Shown one piece after another: positions 8,549 to 16,710 of a stretch of 29,308 nucleotides of DNA (its first letter is position 1; each line of letters opens with the position of its first letter). The stretch lies in the IMG/VR virus record IMGVR_UViG_3300025943_000006, positions 1 to 29,308 of that record. One strand, written 5' to 3'. This stretch comes from a virus. Taxonomy: Duplodnaviria; Caudoviricetes. The notes beneath the pieces were generated by a model that worked only from the letters and a program-made list of their open reading frames with translations, was not told the DNA's origin and did no database searches. The position numbers were made by a program, and so were the translations under genes.

Positions 8549-9510
8549 TGCTTAACGAAAAAACATGGACGGTTTATATTCATCGGAATAAAATAAATGG
8601 CAAGGTTTATATTGGAATTACTTGTCAAAAGGTTAATCGCAGATGGGGTGGAGGGAAAAATTATAATGGTAGTATTCATTTCTTTAATGCGATTAAAAAA
8701 TACGGATGGAACGGGTTCGAACACGAAATTGTTTTAACAGGATTAACTGAACAACAAGCGGCAAACAAAGAACGGGAATTAATCGCCAAATATAATTCCA
8801 TGGATGATATTTTCGGGTATAACCTCACTAGCGGAGGCGAAATTGGCAAAAAATATACAGATGAAGTCAGAAAAAAGTTGAGCGAATCACGCAAGGGAAC
8901 TGTTGCTTCCAAAGAGACAAAAGAAAAAATAAGCAAAGCTTCCAAGGGAACCAGCAACGGCAATTATGGAAACCATCTTTCACAAGAAGCAAAAGAAAAA
9001 ATAAGTCTTTTTAATAAAAATTATTATAAGAATAACAAACATCCAATGCTGGGAACGCATCATTCTAAAGAAACCATATTGAAATTGGTTAATTCGCACA
9101 AAGGATTATTGGCTAAAGAAAAACATCCAAGTTGGGGAAAACATTTATCAAAAGAAACCAAAAATAAAATAAGTCAATCTCACAGGGTCGAAAACCTTTC
9201 AGAAGAATCCCGAAAAAATATTAGTAATGCTCAAAAAGGCAAAAAAGCATCTGAAAAAACTAAAAGAAAAATGAGCGTGGCACATAGTGGAGCGAAACAT
9301 TATCGCGCAAGAAAGGTAATTTGTATCAATACAAAGGAGGTGTTTGATACCATAGCTTCGGCGGTTTGTAAATATGGGGCGCGGCGCGTCGGTAGCTGTT
9401 GCCGTAATCAGCGCAAGTCTGCCGGTAAACACCCAGAAACCAGAGAGCCCCTTAAATGGATGTTTTATGATGATTATCTCAAACAGAACAATGTTCGGAA
9501 GAGCGCTTAG
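8548..9510 (+). CDS. Free-standing GIY-YIG homing endonuclease with NUMOD3 repeats (paralog of 4353..5309)
   Basis: WTVYIHRNKINGKVYIGIT..RW..KE..GYN; seven NUMOD3-like repeats; shared C-terminus KSAGKHPETxEPLxWMxYxDYLK. Confidence 0.9.
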   Translation: MLNEKTWTVYIHRNKINGKVYIGITCQKVNRRWGGGKNYNGSIHFFNAIKKYGWNGFEHEIVLTGLTEQQAANKERELIAKYNSMDDIFGYNLTSGGEIGKKYTDEVRKKLSESRKGTVASKETKEKISKASKGTSNGNYGNHLSQEAKEKISLFNKNYYKNNKHPMLGTHHSKETILKLVNSHKGLLAKEKHPSWGKHLSKETKNKISQSHRVENLSEESRKNISNAQKGKKASEKTKRKMSVAHSGAKHYRARKVICINTKEVFDTIASAVCKYGARRVGSCCRNQRKSAGKHPETREPLKWMFYDDYLKQNNVRKSA

Positions 9511-9523
9511 CACGTTCTTTTTT
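9497..9523 (+). terminator. Intrinsic terminator overlapping the endonuclease stop
   Basis: GGAAGAGCG-cttagca-CGTTCTTTTTT. Confidence 0.55.
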
Positions 9524-9558
9524 GCGTTTACCAACTAAAAAGGAGGAACCAAAACAAA

Positions 9559-10218
9559 ATGACAATCAAACTTAAAGACGGCGCGGAATTCCGCGCTTTT
9601 TCTATGCCCGATTTAAAAGCCGATGAGGGCGGCAGCACAATCGAAGGTCACGCGGCGGTGTTTGGTCAGGAAACTAATATCGGTGGTTGGTACAAAGAGA
9701 TTATCCAACGTGGCGCCTTTGACAAGACAGATTTTAAAGATGTTTTATTCAGCGTTAACCATGACTTGGAAAAAATTCCGCTTGCCCGGAGCCGCAATAA
9801 TAATGCTAATTCTACCCTGCAGTTACAGGTCGATGATCAAGGGCTAGGCATGAGGGCTAACCTTGACACCGAAAACAACGCTGATTCCAAGTCACTTTAT
9901 AGTGCGGTTAGTAGGGGAGATATTACTGGGATGTCTTTTATTTTTAATGTCCGTGATGAGGAATGGACTGATTTAGATTCTGACACGCCAACCCGAACAA
10001 TCAAGGACATTTCCAAAGTATACGAAGTATCTGCGGTGTCATTTCCCGCCTACGACGGGACTGATATAAATGCGCGTGGCAAAGAAACGCTGGAGAGCGC
10101 CAAACGGGAGCTGGAGAGTGCCCGAGTCAAAGAGCTGGAGAGCTTGAACGAGCAAAGAATCAAAATTGAAATACAAAATCTTAAAAAAACAATTATAGGA
10201 GGAAAAAATAATGGATAA
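9559..10218 (+). CDS. HK97-family prohead protease
   Basis: IEGHAAVFG, EIIQRGAF, NHD (His), GMSFIF (Ser), YEVSAVSFPAY. Confidence 0.95.
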   Translation: MTIKLKDGAEFRAFSMPDLKADEGGSTIEGHAAVFGQETNIGGWYKEIIQRGAFDKTDFKDVLFSVNHDLEKIPLARSRNNNANSTLQLQVDDQGLGMRANLDTENNADSKSLYSAVSRGDITGMSFIFNVRDEEWTDLDSDTPTRTIKDISKVYEVSAVSFPAYDGTDINARGKETLESAKRELESARVKELESLNEQRIKIEIQNLKKTIIGGKNNG

Positions 10219-11488
10219 GAAAAAAATGCAAGAAAAAGTAATTCAAAAAGAAGAAAGAGTAGCCGCGATTGACAAAGAAATCATGGCCACTGTAGAACCT
10301 AAAGAACTTCAAAAATTGCTAATTGAGCGTAACGGCTTGCAGGATGAAATTGCAGATTTCAGGTTCGCCATTTTTGAAGCCGAAAAAGCCGAGAAACCTG
10401 ACGACAAACCAGAGGGACGCGGCGAAGAATTAAAACCGCAAGGCGAACTTCGGGCTGCTGGCAGCTCGTTTAACCCGATGTCGGCTTTGACAGGTGTCCA
10501 AACTCAGCAACGCACTGCCGAACCGGAAGATCGCTATGCGACCATCGAATATCGAAAAGCGTTTATGGAATATTGCAAAACCGGGCAACAAGTTCCAGAA
10601 CTGCGTTCGGATGCTTATACCGGTACTTCGGATGCTGCAGCGGTCATTCCGACCACGATCTTAAACGAGATCATCAAAAAGGTAACTTCTTATGGTCAGG
10701 TTTATGCACGTGTCCGTAAGCTGGCAATTAAGGGCGGTTTGACTGTCCCGATTTTGTCTTTGAAACCAACCGCAACTTGGATTGGTGAGGCGGCGGTTTC
10801 GGAACGGCAAAAAATTACCGCCAATACTAATGTGTCGTTTAGTTATTATGGCTTGGAATGCAAAGTAGCAACCTCTTTATTGGCCGATACTGTGACTTTA
10901 CCAATGTTCGAAAGCACTGTTATCGATCTGATTGTTGAGGCCATGACTAAAGCTTTAGATTTGGCAATTATTGCCGGTGACGGAAGCGGAAAATGTCTGG
11001 GGATTACCTTGGATACCCGCGTTCCGGCCACACAGATTATAACATTGGCCGCGTCCGATTTTGTCGATTGGAGCGGTTGGAAGAAAAACGTGTTTGCCAA
11101 AATGCCGCTGGGCTATAAAGCCGGAGCGGTATTTTTAATGGCCTCCGGCACTTTTGAGGGCTATATTGACGGCATGGTTGATTCTAATGGTCAACCGATT
11201 GGCCGAGTCAACTATGGGATTACCGACGGCCCGGTTTTGCGTTTTGGTGGCAAAGAGGTTATCGAAGTTGAGGACGATGTGATCGCAAACTACGATGACG
11301 CTTCAACCGGCGACGTAGTTGCGATTTATGCGGATCTTAAAAACTATGCTATCAACTCTAATATGCAAATGACCATGTTTCGATATTTAGATCACGATAC
11401 CAACCAATATGTCGATAAAGCCATTTTAATCATGGACGGCAAGCTCTTAGATCCGAATGGAGTAGTAATCGTTAAGAAAGGCGCTTAA
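10211..11488 (+). CDS. Major capsid protein, HK97 fold with N-terminal delta (scaffold) domain
   Basis: Coiled-coil N-terminus; VIPTTILNEII, ATWIGE, AIIAGDGSGKCLGI, ADLKNY. Confidence 0.95.
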   Translation: MDKKKMQEKVIQKEERVAAIDKEIMATVEPKELQKLLIERNGLQDEIADFRFAIFEAEKAEKPDDKPEGRGEELKPQGELRAAGSSFNPMSALTGVQTQQRTAEPEDRYATIEYRKAFMEYCKTGQQVPELRSDAYTGTSDAAAVIPTTILNEIIKKVTSYGQVYARVRKLAIKGGLTVPILSLKPTATWIGEAAVSERQKITANTNVSFSYYGLECKVATSLLADTVTLPMFESTVIDLIVEAMTKALDLAIIAGDGSGKCLGITLDTRVPATQIITLAASDFVDWSGWKKNVFAKMPLGYKAGAVFLMASGTFEGYIDGMVDSNGQPIGRVNYGITDGPVLRFGGKEVIEVEDDVIANYDDASTGDVVAIYADLKNYAINSNMQMTMFRYLDHDTNQYVDKAILIMDGKLLDPNGVVIVKKGA

Positions 11489-11500
11489 TTTAGCGGGTGA

Positions 11501-11530
11501 TGGCGGGGTGTCTTTCGGGATGCCCTACCA
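11501..11530 (+). promoter_or_regulatory. UUCG-capped hairpin after capsid gene (no U-tract)
   Basis: TGGCGGGGTGTCT-TTCG-GGATGCCCTACCA; ends immediately before ATG 11531. Confidence 0.5.
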
Positions 11531-11761
11531 ATGCCGGGAAATAAAATGGCCAATATCCATACTTTAATCGGACAAAAAATAGGTACTTTAACCGTAACTG
11601 GCCGAACCCGAAATGAACGAGGAAACCGGGCAAGGTTTATATGCGGGTGTGATTGCGGCAAAGAACTAATTATGTTTGCCGATGAACTATTAACTGAAAA
11701 ATTTGAACCTTGTGACTGTGTGAAACCAAAAAAGACCAAAAAAACAAAACAGGAGGAATAA
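11531..11761 (+). CDS. Stand-alone Cys-rich (CxCDCG..CxC) domain of HNH/AP2 endonuclease type
   Basis: LIGQKIGTLTV..FICGCDCGKE..L..CDC aligns with the N-terminus of 15605..16294 (LTGQRFSSLVV..WKCVCDCGKE..L..CGC). Start could be ATG 11546. Confidence 0.65.
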   Translation: MPGNKMANIHTLIGQKIGTLTVTGRTRNERGNRARFICGCDCGKELIMFADELLTEKFEPCDCVKPKKTKKTKQEE

Positions 11762-11763
11762 AA

Positions 11764-12732
11764 ATGTCAAGACCAGGATTCGATCCCGAAAATGGGATGT
11801 TAAAATCTGATGGGAATGTTGATGTTGATCGCGCTTTTATCGCCCATTATCAAATTCCCGCCGCAAATGCTATTGTAGCCGACACCGATGGGATTCATGC
11901 GGCGTTTGCCTGTACTACTCCGGCTATCGCGGCAACCTGCGCGGTCAAAGCTGCAACGGCCATTACAGACATTTTAACAACCACGATACCAGCGACCATC
12001 GGGGCTGCGGCAAACGCATTAAGTATTTTGCTAACGACCGCCGCTGATGATGCGTTGGCGGTTAGCAAAAACGACACCACAAAAGTCATTACTATCGCCC
12101 TTGCCGACACGACAGCGGCCAATAACACTGCTACGCTTATTCAAGCGGCGATCCGCGCGTTATCAACCGTTGGCGGCGTGTCCGTTGCTGGCGTGACTTG
12201 TGCAGCAGGGGGAAACTGGAATAGCGCGGCGATTGCCACGGGTGAAACTGCGGCGGTAGCGTTTTCCGGCGGACAAACTGCGGCTAACGATGTATTAACC
12301 ACGGCCATTACAAGCCCTGGAACGCCACGCAATATTACTGCAACTGCCGGGGGTACTGCTGGAGACATTAAAGCCGTTCAAGTAATTGTAACCGGCACGA
12401 ATTACAACGGCGAAATTATCACCGAAACCTTACCGGCGTTTACTGTCGATACTGCCGGGACTGTATCGGGAAGTAAGGCATTTGCTACCATTACAAGCAT
12501 TACTATTCCGGCGCATGACGGAACCGGGGCGACTACTGCGATTGGATTTGGTGAAGTGCTTGGGTTGCCGTATAAATTGGCGCACAATACCGTTTTAAAT
12601 ACTTATCTTGCCAATGTCAAAGAGTCCACTGCGCCAACCGTTACAGTTAGCGCGACGCTATTGGAATCCAATACAATTGATTTGTATAGCACATTAAACG
12701 GCTCAATCGTCGATATTTACCTGCTGGTTTAA
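11764..12732 (+). CDS. Putative capsid decoration/head-fibre protein (Ala/Thr rich, 322 aa)
   Basis: Lies between capsid and connector genes; strong SD AGGAGG; beta-strand-rich PRNITAT..VTGTN..ITETL..GSKAFATITSITIP. Confidence 0.55.
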   Translation: MSRPGFDPENGMLKSDGNVDVDRAFIAHYQIPAANAIVADTDGIHAAFACTTPAIAATCAVKAATAITDILTTTIPATIGAAANALSILLTTAADDALAVSKNDTTKVITIALADTTAANNTATLIQAAIRALSTVGGVSVAGVTCAAGGNWNSAAIATGETAAVAFSGGQTAANDVLTTAITSPGTPRNITATAGGTAGDIKAVQVIVTGTNYNGEIITETLPAFTVDTAGTVSGSKAFATITSITIPAHDGTGATTAIGFGEVLGLPYKLAHNTVLNTYLANVKESTAPTVTVSATLLESNTIDLYSTLNGSIVDIYLLV

Positions 12733-12745
12733 GGATGTGGTTTAA

Positions 12746-13060
12746 ATGGCAATTTTGACTGCCAGCGAAGCAGCGCAAGCCCTAAACTATTCCGACGTTG
12801 CACAGATGCCCGAAAAGGTGACTGGTATTTTAGTACCGGGTGTTGATTCGTATATCGAAAAGGCGACCGGAAGAGATTGGGGGACTTTGACTACCACCTA
12901 TACCACGATTGATCCGGTTGCTAAAGTAGTAGCGGCGGCATTGCTCTCTCAATGGTTTACCGATCCCGCTACGATTGGAACGGCTAACGGCTTGGGGATT
13001 ATCGGTATGCTGGGGCAACTTGAAGCCACCGTACTCCAAGAAAGTCAGGCAGCGTCATGA
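12746..13060 (+). CDS. Head-tail connector (HK97 gp6/SPP1 gp15-like)
   Basis: ILTASEAAQAL..DSYIEKATGRDW..LLSQWF; size and position. Confidence 0.8.
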   Translation: MAILTASEAAQALNYSDVAQMPEKVTGILVPGVDSYIEKATGRDWGTLTTTYTTIDPVAKVVAAALLSQWFTDPATIGTANGLGIIGMLGQLEATVLQESQAAS

Positions 13061-13386
13061 TATGGACAAAACCGGGAGAAATGACGCAGAAAATTGTTAT
13101 CAAACATATTACAGGATATGCTCAAGACGATAACGGCGACAACGTCCCAACTTACGAGATACTTTTTAGTCCATGGGCAAAAATTGAAATCAGTTCGGGC
13201 GGAGAGTTCTGGGCCTCACAAAAGACTAATGCCCAGTGGAACGGACTGTTTAAATTTTGGCATTATGTCGGACTTGATACAACCATGAAAGTTTTTTACG
13301 GAACCCGTGAGTTTGACATTCTGACGGTTATCAATCCCCAAGAAGCGAACCGGGAAACATGGTTAGAATGCGAGGAAGTGATTTAA
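13057..13386 (+). CDS. Head closure protein (SPP1 gp16-like)
   Basis: PGEMTQKIVI, DDNG, WAKI, SGGEFW, MKVFYGTREFDI..NPQEANR. Confidence 0.88.
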   Translation: MIWTKPGEMTQKIVIKHITGYAQDDNGDNVPTYEILFSPWAKIEISSGGEFWASQKTNAQWNGLFKFWHYVGLDTTMKVFYGTREFDILTVINPQEANRETWLECEEVI

Positions 13387-13862
13387 TGGCTGGAATGTTT
13401 GATATGTCATTAGTAGGGCTTGAAGCGATAACCGATTTTATGGATGCTTGCGAAAAAAATGACGCCAAACTACTCAGAAAATCAACTCTGTCAGGCGGGC
13501 GGATTATTTTGAAAGCGGCAAAGGAAGCTTGCCCGGTATCACAGGATGGCAACTTTGATCACGAATCCGGAAATCTTAAAAAATCACTCAAAATTAAACC
13601 GCTTAAGCCCAAAGAAAAAGGTCAGCAATTGGTTGTAATCGGCCCCGAAGTTGGCCCGAAAGCGAAGCACAATGGATGGTATGGCCATTTTGTTGAGAAC
13701 GGCACAAGCAGATCCAAGCCCAAGGCATGGCTTCGCCCCGCTTTTGACGAGAAGCAAAACGAGGCCACGCAAAAAGCCGCTGAAGTTTATGCCGAGGGTT
13801 GGGGCGAAAGCGTCATCAAAGACATCGAGGACTTGGGTGACATCTTAGGGGGTGACGAATGA
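13386..13862 (+). CDS. HK97 gp10-like tail completion protein
   Basis: AKEACPV, SGNLKKSL, WYGHFVENGTSRSKPKAWLRPAFD. Start moved to ATG 13386 (TAATG overlap). Confidence 0.9.
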   Translation: MAGMFDMSLVGLEAITDFMDACEKNDAKLLRKSTLSGGRIILKAAKEACPVSQDGNFDHESGNLKKSLKIKPLKPKEKGQQLVVIGPEVGPKAKHNGWYGHFVENGTSRSKPKAWLRPAFDEKQNEATQKAAEVYAEGWGESVIKDIEDLGDILGGDE

Positions 13863-14242
13863 AGCCAATTGAATCAATTATTGCGGCTTATCTGGCTGAT
13901 TATGCGGCATTAAAGGCAATCCACGGCGGGCATTGTCAGCAGGGGTTAGCCGATCAAAAATGGACGGCTCCATATCAAACTGTGTTTCTCATTTCCGATC
14001 CGCCTGATATGAAGCGGCTGGGATGTCCGAGGCCCCGACTGCAGATTAACAATTTTTCAACCAAATACGGAGAGGCCAGACAAATGGCTGAATTAACCTA
14101 TGCGGCCTTAGATGGGTTTTCCGGGGCGCTGGACAGTGTACAAATAATAATGGGAGCATACGATGATATGACCCCAATTTACGAGGATGGAACAAGTCTC
14201 TGGAATTGTGCGATTGACGTCAAAGTTACATATCGGGTATAA
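13859..14242 (+). CDS. Tail terminator protein (DUF3168/gp17-like)
   Basis: PY..ISD, PRLQINNFS..A..A..ALDG; last gene of the head-tail block. Confidence 0.8.
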   Translation: MKPIESIIAAYLADYAALKAIHGGHCQQGLADQKWTAPYQTVFLISDPPDMKRLGCPRPRLQINNFSTKYGEARQMAELTYAALDGFSGALDSVQIIMGAYDDMTPIYEDGTSLWNCAIDVKVTYRV

Positions 14243-14243
14243 T
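14214..14243 (+). promoter_or_regulatory. Sigma-A promoter for moron 14334
   Basis: TTGACG (14214-14219)-18 nt-TATAAT (14238-14243). Predicted +1 near 14250, where the structured RNA starts. Confidence 0.6.
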
Positions 14244-14249
14244 AAGTAT

Positions 14250-14296
14250 GTGGCTAGGGTCGCGCCCGAAAAGCGGTTTTCCCAACCGCCAGCCAC
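14250..14296 (+). ncRNA. Structured three-way-junction leader RNA, copy 2
   Basis: P1 GTGGC/GCCAC, TA, P2 GGGT/GCCC, GAAAA, P3 GCGGTT/AACCGC with loop TTCCC, CA. Confidence 0.65.
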
Positions 14297-14333
14297 TAAT
14301 AAAAAAAACGGGATATACTAGGGAGGTATAAGC

Positions 14334-14654
14334 ATGGAAAAAATTTATATACTTTCAACAGGGGAATATGAGCATTGCACGGTAGATGGTCTTTTAATTG
14401 GCGACGTAAATCCAAAAGAATATTACCAAGAATTTTGCAATCAGTATGGGATCAAGGAAACGTGTTGGCAAAATAACGATGAATTTGAAGCCTGGTGGCA
14501 TTCGGTTTTAGAAGCAGAAAAAATATTAAAACACGATAACTATCAGGGGGATAATCTTGGAGAGCTATTCAAAAGTTGGCTTATACAAAATCATGGGTTT
14601 AAAGATCTGGAATACGAAGAGTTAGTGATAGGAAAGTTCGGAGAACAGCTTTAG
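14334..14654 (+). CDS. Small acidic hypothetical protein (moron, 106 aa)
   Basis: SD GGGAGG, own promoter and terminator, AT-rich; interrupts the tail terminator-major tail junction. Confidence 0.75.
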   Translation: MEKIYILSTGEYEHCTVDGLLIGDVNPKEYYQEFCNQYGIKETCWQNNDEFEAWWHSVLEAEKILKHDNYQGDNLGELFKSWLIQNHGFKDLEYEELVIGKFGEQL

Positions 14655-14713
14655 CCGCCCAACAAGGCGGTTTTTTAATGCCCAAAATTAAGCGCCTTTC
14701 GAGGTGCTTTTTT
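14653..14713 (+). terminator. Two tandem intrinsic terminators
   Basis: AGCCGCC-caacaa-GGCGGTTTTTT (14653-14676) and AAGCGCCT-TTCG-AGGTGCTTTTTT (14690-14713). Confidence 0.75.
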
Positions 14714-14741
14714 ATTACTAAAATTTAGGAGGAATGTAAAA

Positions 14742-15542
14742 ATGCCTTATCAACAGCCAGTAATAAGTGAAAAAACAATTAGAGTTGGAAGCGTTAAAGT
14801 TGAAGTTGGCGATAGTGTTTCCAGCTTAGTATCATTGGGGACTGGAAACGCCGCGAAATGGTCTGAAAAAATGACCAAACAAGATTTAATCAGTGATAAT
14901 GGTGGATTAATTAAAACCCTTGTTAAAGAGCAAACCTGCGAGGTCGATTTTACCATGTTGGAGATTGATCTTAACATCTTGCAGCAGGCGCGGGGGGGTA
15001 TCGATGAGTATTCGGTGGTGGCTAGTGATCCGGTTGCGATAACCGCCGAAGGACACGGGACCGGATGGACGGTCGGGACGCCATTTAGATTGACCCATAA
15101 AAACGGAGCCGATACCATTGTAACCGGGATCGCGGTCAAAGCCGCGGGGAGCGCGTTAACTCTAAATACCGATTATCGGACTTATGTCGGAGATGGTTCT
15201 AATGGTCTTGTTGGTTATACCTACATTGTCCCGGTGACGGCACAAACTACCGCGATCACTGCCGACTATACTTACACGCCGAACGCGGCGGTAATCATGA
15301 CCTCGGGCGGTAATGTTAATATTAGCTCTAAGGTGGTTCGGTTGACCAATACCGATGAAGATGGGAAAATTTTCCGAATTACCATTTACAAGGCCCAAAA
15401 TTCGGAAGGAATCAGCATTGACTTCCCCGCTGATGACGAAGGAAAAGCCTGGGAGAACACCATCAAATTTACCGGGTATAAAGACGCTACTCGCAGCGTA
15501 GGTGACCAGTTGTTCGAGATTTATGATAGTCAATCGGTTTAA
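14742..15542 (+). CDS. Major tail (tube) protein with internal Ig-like insertion
   Basis: Position; beta-rich tube-type N and C parts (IRVGSVKVEVG; FRITIYKA..GISIDF) flanking an LTLNTDY..ADYTYTP module. Confidence 0.8.
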   Translation: MPYQQPVISEKTIRVGSVKVEVGDSVSSLVSLGTGNAAKWSEKMTKQDLISDNGGLIKTLVKEQTCEVDFTMLEIDLNILQQARGGIDEYSVVASDPVAITAEGHGTGWTVGTPFRLTHKNGADTIVTGIAVKAAGSALTLNTDYRTYVGDGSNGLVGYTYIVPVTAQTTAITADYTYTPNAAVIMTSGGNVNISSKVVRLTNTDEDGKIFRITIYKAQNSEGISIDFPADDEGKAWENTIKFTGYKDATRSVGDQLFEIYDSQSV

Positions 15543-15556
15543 CATTTAATAACTGA

Positions 15557-15583
15557 TAAGGAGTGACATTGCGTCACTCCTTA
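15557..15583 (+). promoter_or_regulatory. Perfect 11-bp hairpin upstream of HNH-AP2 gene
   Basis: TAAGGAGTGAC-attgc-GTCACTCCTTA; the 3' arm CTCCT is also complementary to the SD AGGAG at 15592. Confidence 0.55.
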
Positions 15584-15604
15584 AAAATTACAGGAGGCGG
15601 TTAA

Positions 15605-16294
15605 ATGTCGAAAGTAGATCTAACAGGTCAACGATTTTCGAGCTTGGTAGTTATTGGCGAAGCAGGCAGAAATAAAAGTAGGGGAATATTGTGGAAATGT
15701 GTTTGTGATTGTGGGAAAGAAACGGTCGTTTCGTCAGATAATCTTCGAAGGCACAATACCAAAAGTTGTGGGTGCGGCTTAGGCTATGATAGAATTTCCA
15801 AAAATACATTTGTGGAACTCTTTGGTGGGACGGTCGAAATTTATGGAGGCAAAGGAAATCTAGTCGGTTTAATTGACAAACAAGATCTAGATAAAATAAA
15901 TAAATATACTTGGACAAGGTTAAACACCGGATACGTGACAACCACTATAAAAGGAAAAGCTATTTTACTCCATCGTTTTATTATGAGTGCCAAAGAAAAT
16001 GAATTTATCGACCACAGAGATAGAAAGCCAAGCAATTGTTGCCGGTTGAATCTTAGAGCTTGTCTCCATCAAGAAAATTGTTGGAACCAAGGAAAAAGGG
16101 CAAAAGGAGAAAACAAATATAAAGGTGTTAGCCGCAAAAGAAACAAATGGGCGGCACGCATTAGAGCTTTACAAGGAATTATAAACATTGGAGTTTTTGA
16201 AACAGAAAAAGAGGCGGCATTTGCTTATGACAAATCCGCTTTGTTTTATCATGGAGAATTTGCAGTTACAAATCAAAGTTTGGGGCTTTTATAA
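15605..16294 (+). CDS. Free-standing HNH-AP2 homing endonuclease
   Basis: Cys-rich N-domain; HNH LHRFIM..IDHRDRKPSNCCRLNLR..EN; AP2 YKGVS..KWAARI..IGVFETEKEAAFAYD. Confidence 0.9.
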   Translation: MSKVDLTGQRFSSLVVIGEAGRNKSRGILWKCVCDCGKETVVSSDNLRRHNTKSCGCGLGYDRISKNTFVELFGGTVEIYGGKGNLVGLIDKQDLDKINKYTWTRLNTGYVTTTIKGKAILLHRFIMSAKENEFIDHRDRKPSNCCRLNLRACLHQENCWNQGKRAKGENKYKGVSRKRNKWAARIRALQGIINIGVFETEKEAAFAYDKSALFYHGEFAVTNQSLGLL

Positions 16295-16305
16295 GGAGGC
16301 CGACC

Positions 16306-16710
16306 ATGTCAGACGTTTTGACCATCAATACAGCAATGGATGAACCCCGAAAAATTGTTATATTGGCAGAGGGCAGGAGATCGTTCCTGCCTTTTTTGCC
16401 AGCCAAAGACATTGTTATAGCTATCCCTAATCCTTCCATTCGAAAAGCCCAGCAAATGCGAGCAAAATATTATGCTTTTGTTTCCGCCTGGGTCAACAAA
16501 GACCAAAAATTATTATCGCGGATCTCTCTTGATATTGTCGCCGATGCTTTTAAATCATGTCGGCCCTTTTTTACTAAATTATGGATAAAACATTGTCTAA
16601 CTAATGACACTTTCACCCAGATTTTTGATTTTATCCTCCAGCCAACGCGAGAAAAAGAAGAGGAATACCTAAAAAACGCAATGGCCCTGCAAAAGGCGGC
16701 GAAAAAGTAG
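16306..16710 (+). CDS. Tail assembly chaperone (lambda gpG analogue)
   Basis: 134 aa upstream of tape measure; slippery A-AAA-AAC near its 3' end. Confidence 0.8.
   Translation: MSDVLTINTAMDEPRKIVILAEGRRSFLPFLPAKDIVIAIPNPSIRKAQQMRAKYYAFVSAWVNKDQKLLSRISLDIVADAFKSCRPFFTKLWIKHCLTNDTFTQIFDFILQPTREKEEEYLKNAMALQKAAKK

Noticed and set aside
4074-9558. Group I introns housing the GIY-YIG genes
   Set aside because: Flanking terS, terL, portal and protease ORFs are complete, and the spacers are too short for an intron core.
10089-10142. GCTGGAGAG x3 as a DNA repeat or Chi-like site
   Set aside because: Explained by LES peptide repeats in the protease C-terminal helix.
11486-11761. Read-through fusion of capsid to the in-frame ORF 11531
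   Set aside because: Two in-frame stops (TAA 11486, TGA 11498) intervene, and there is no slippery site.
15553-15587. Hammerhead-like look: CTGATAAG-stem-TTAAAA
   Set aside because: Core needs CUGAnGA and GAAA. The conserved G residues are missing and no stems I/III are evident.
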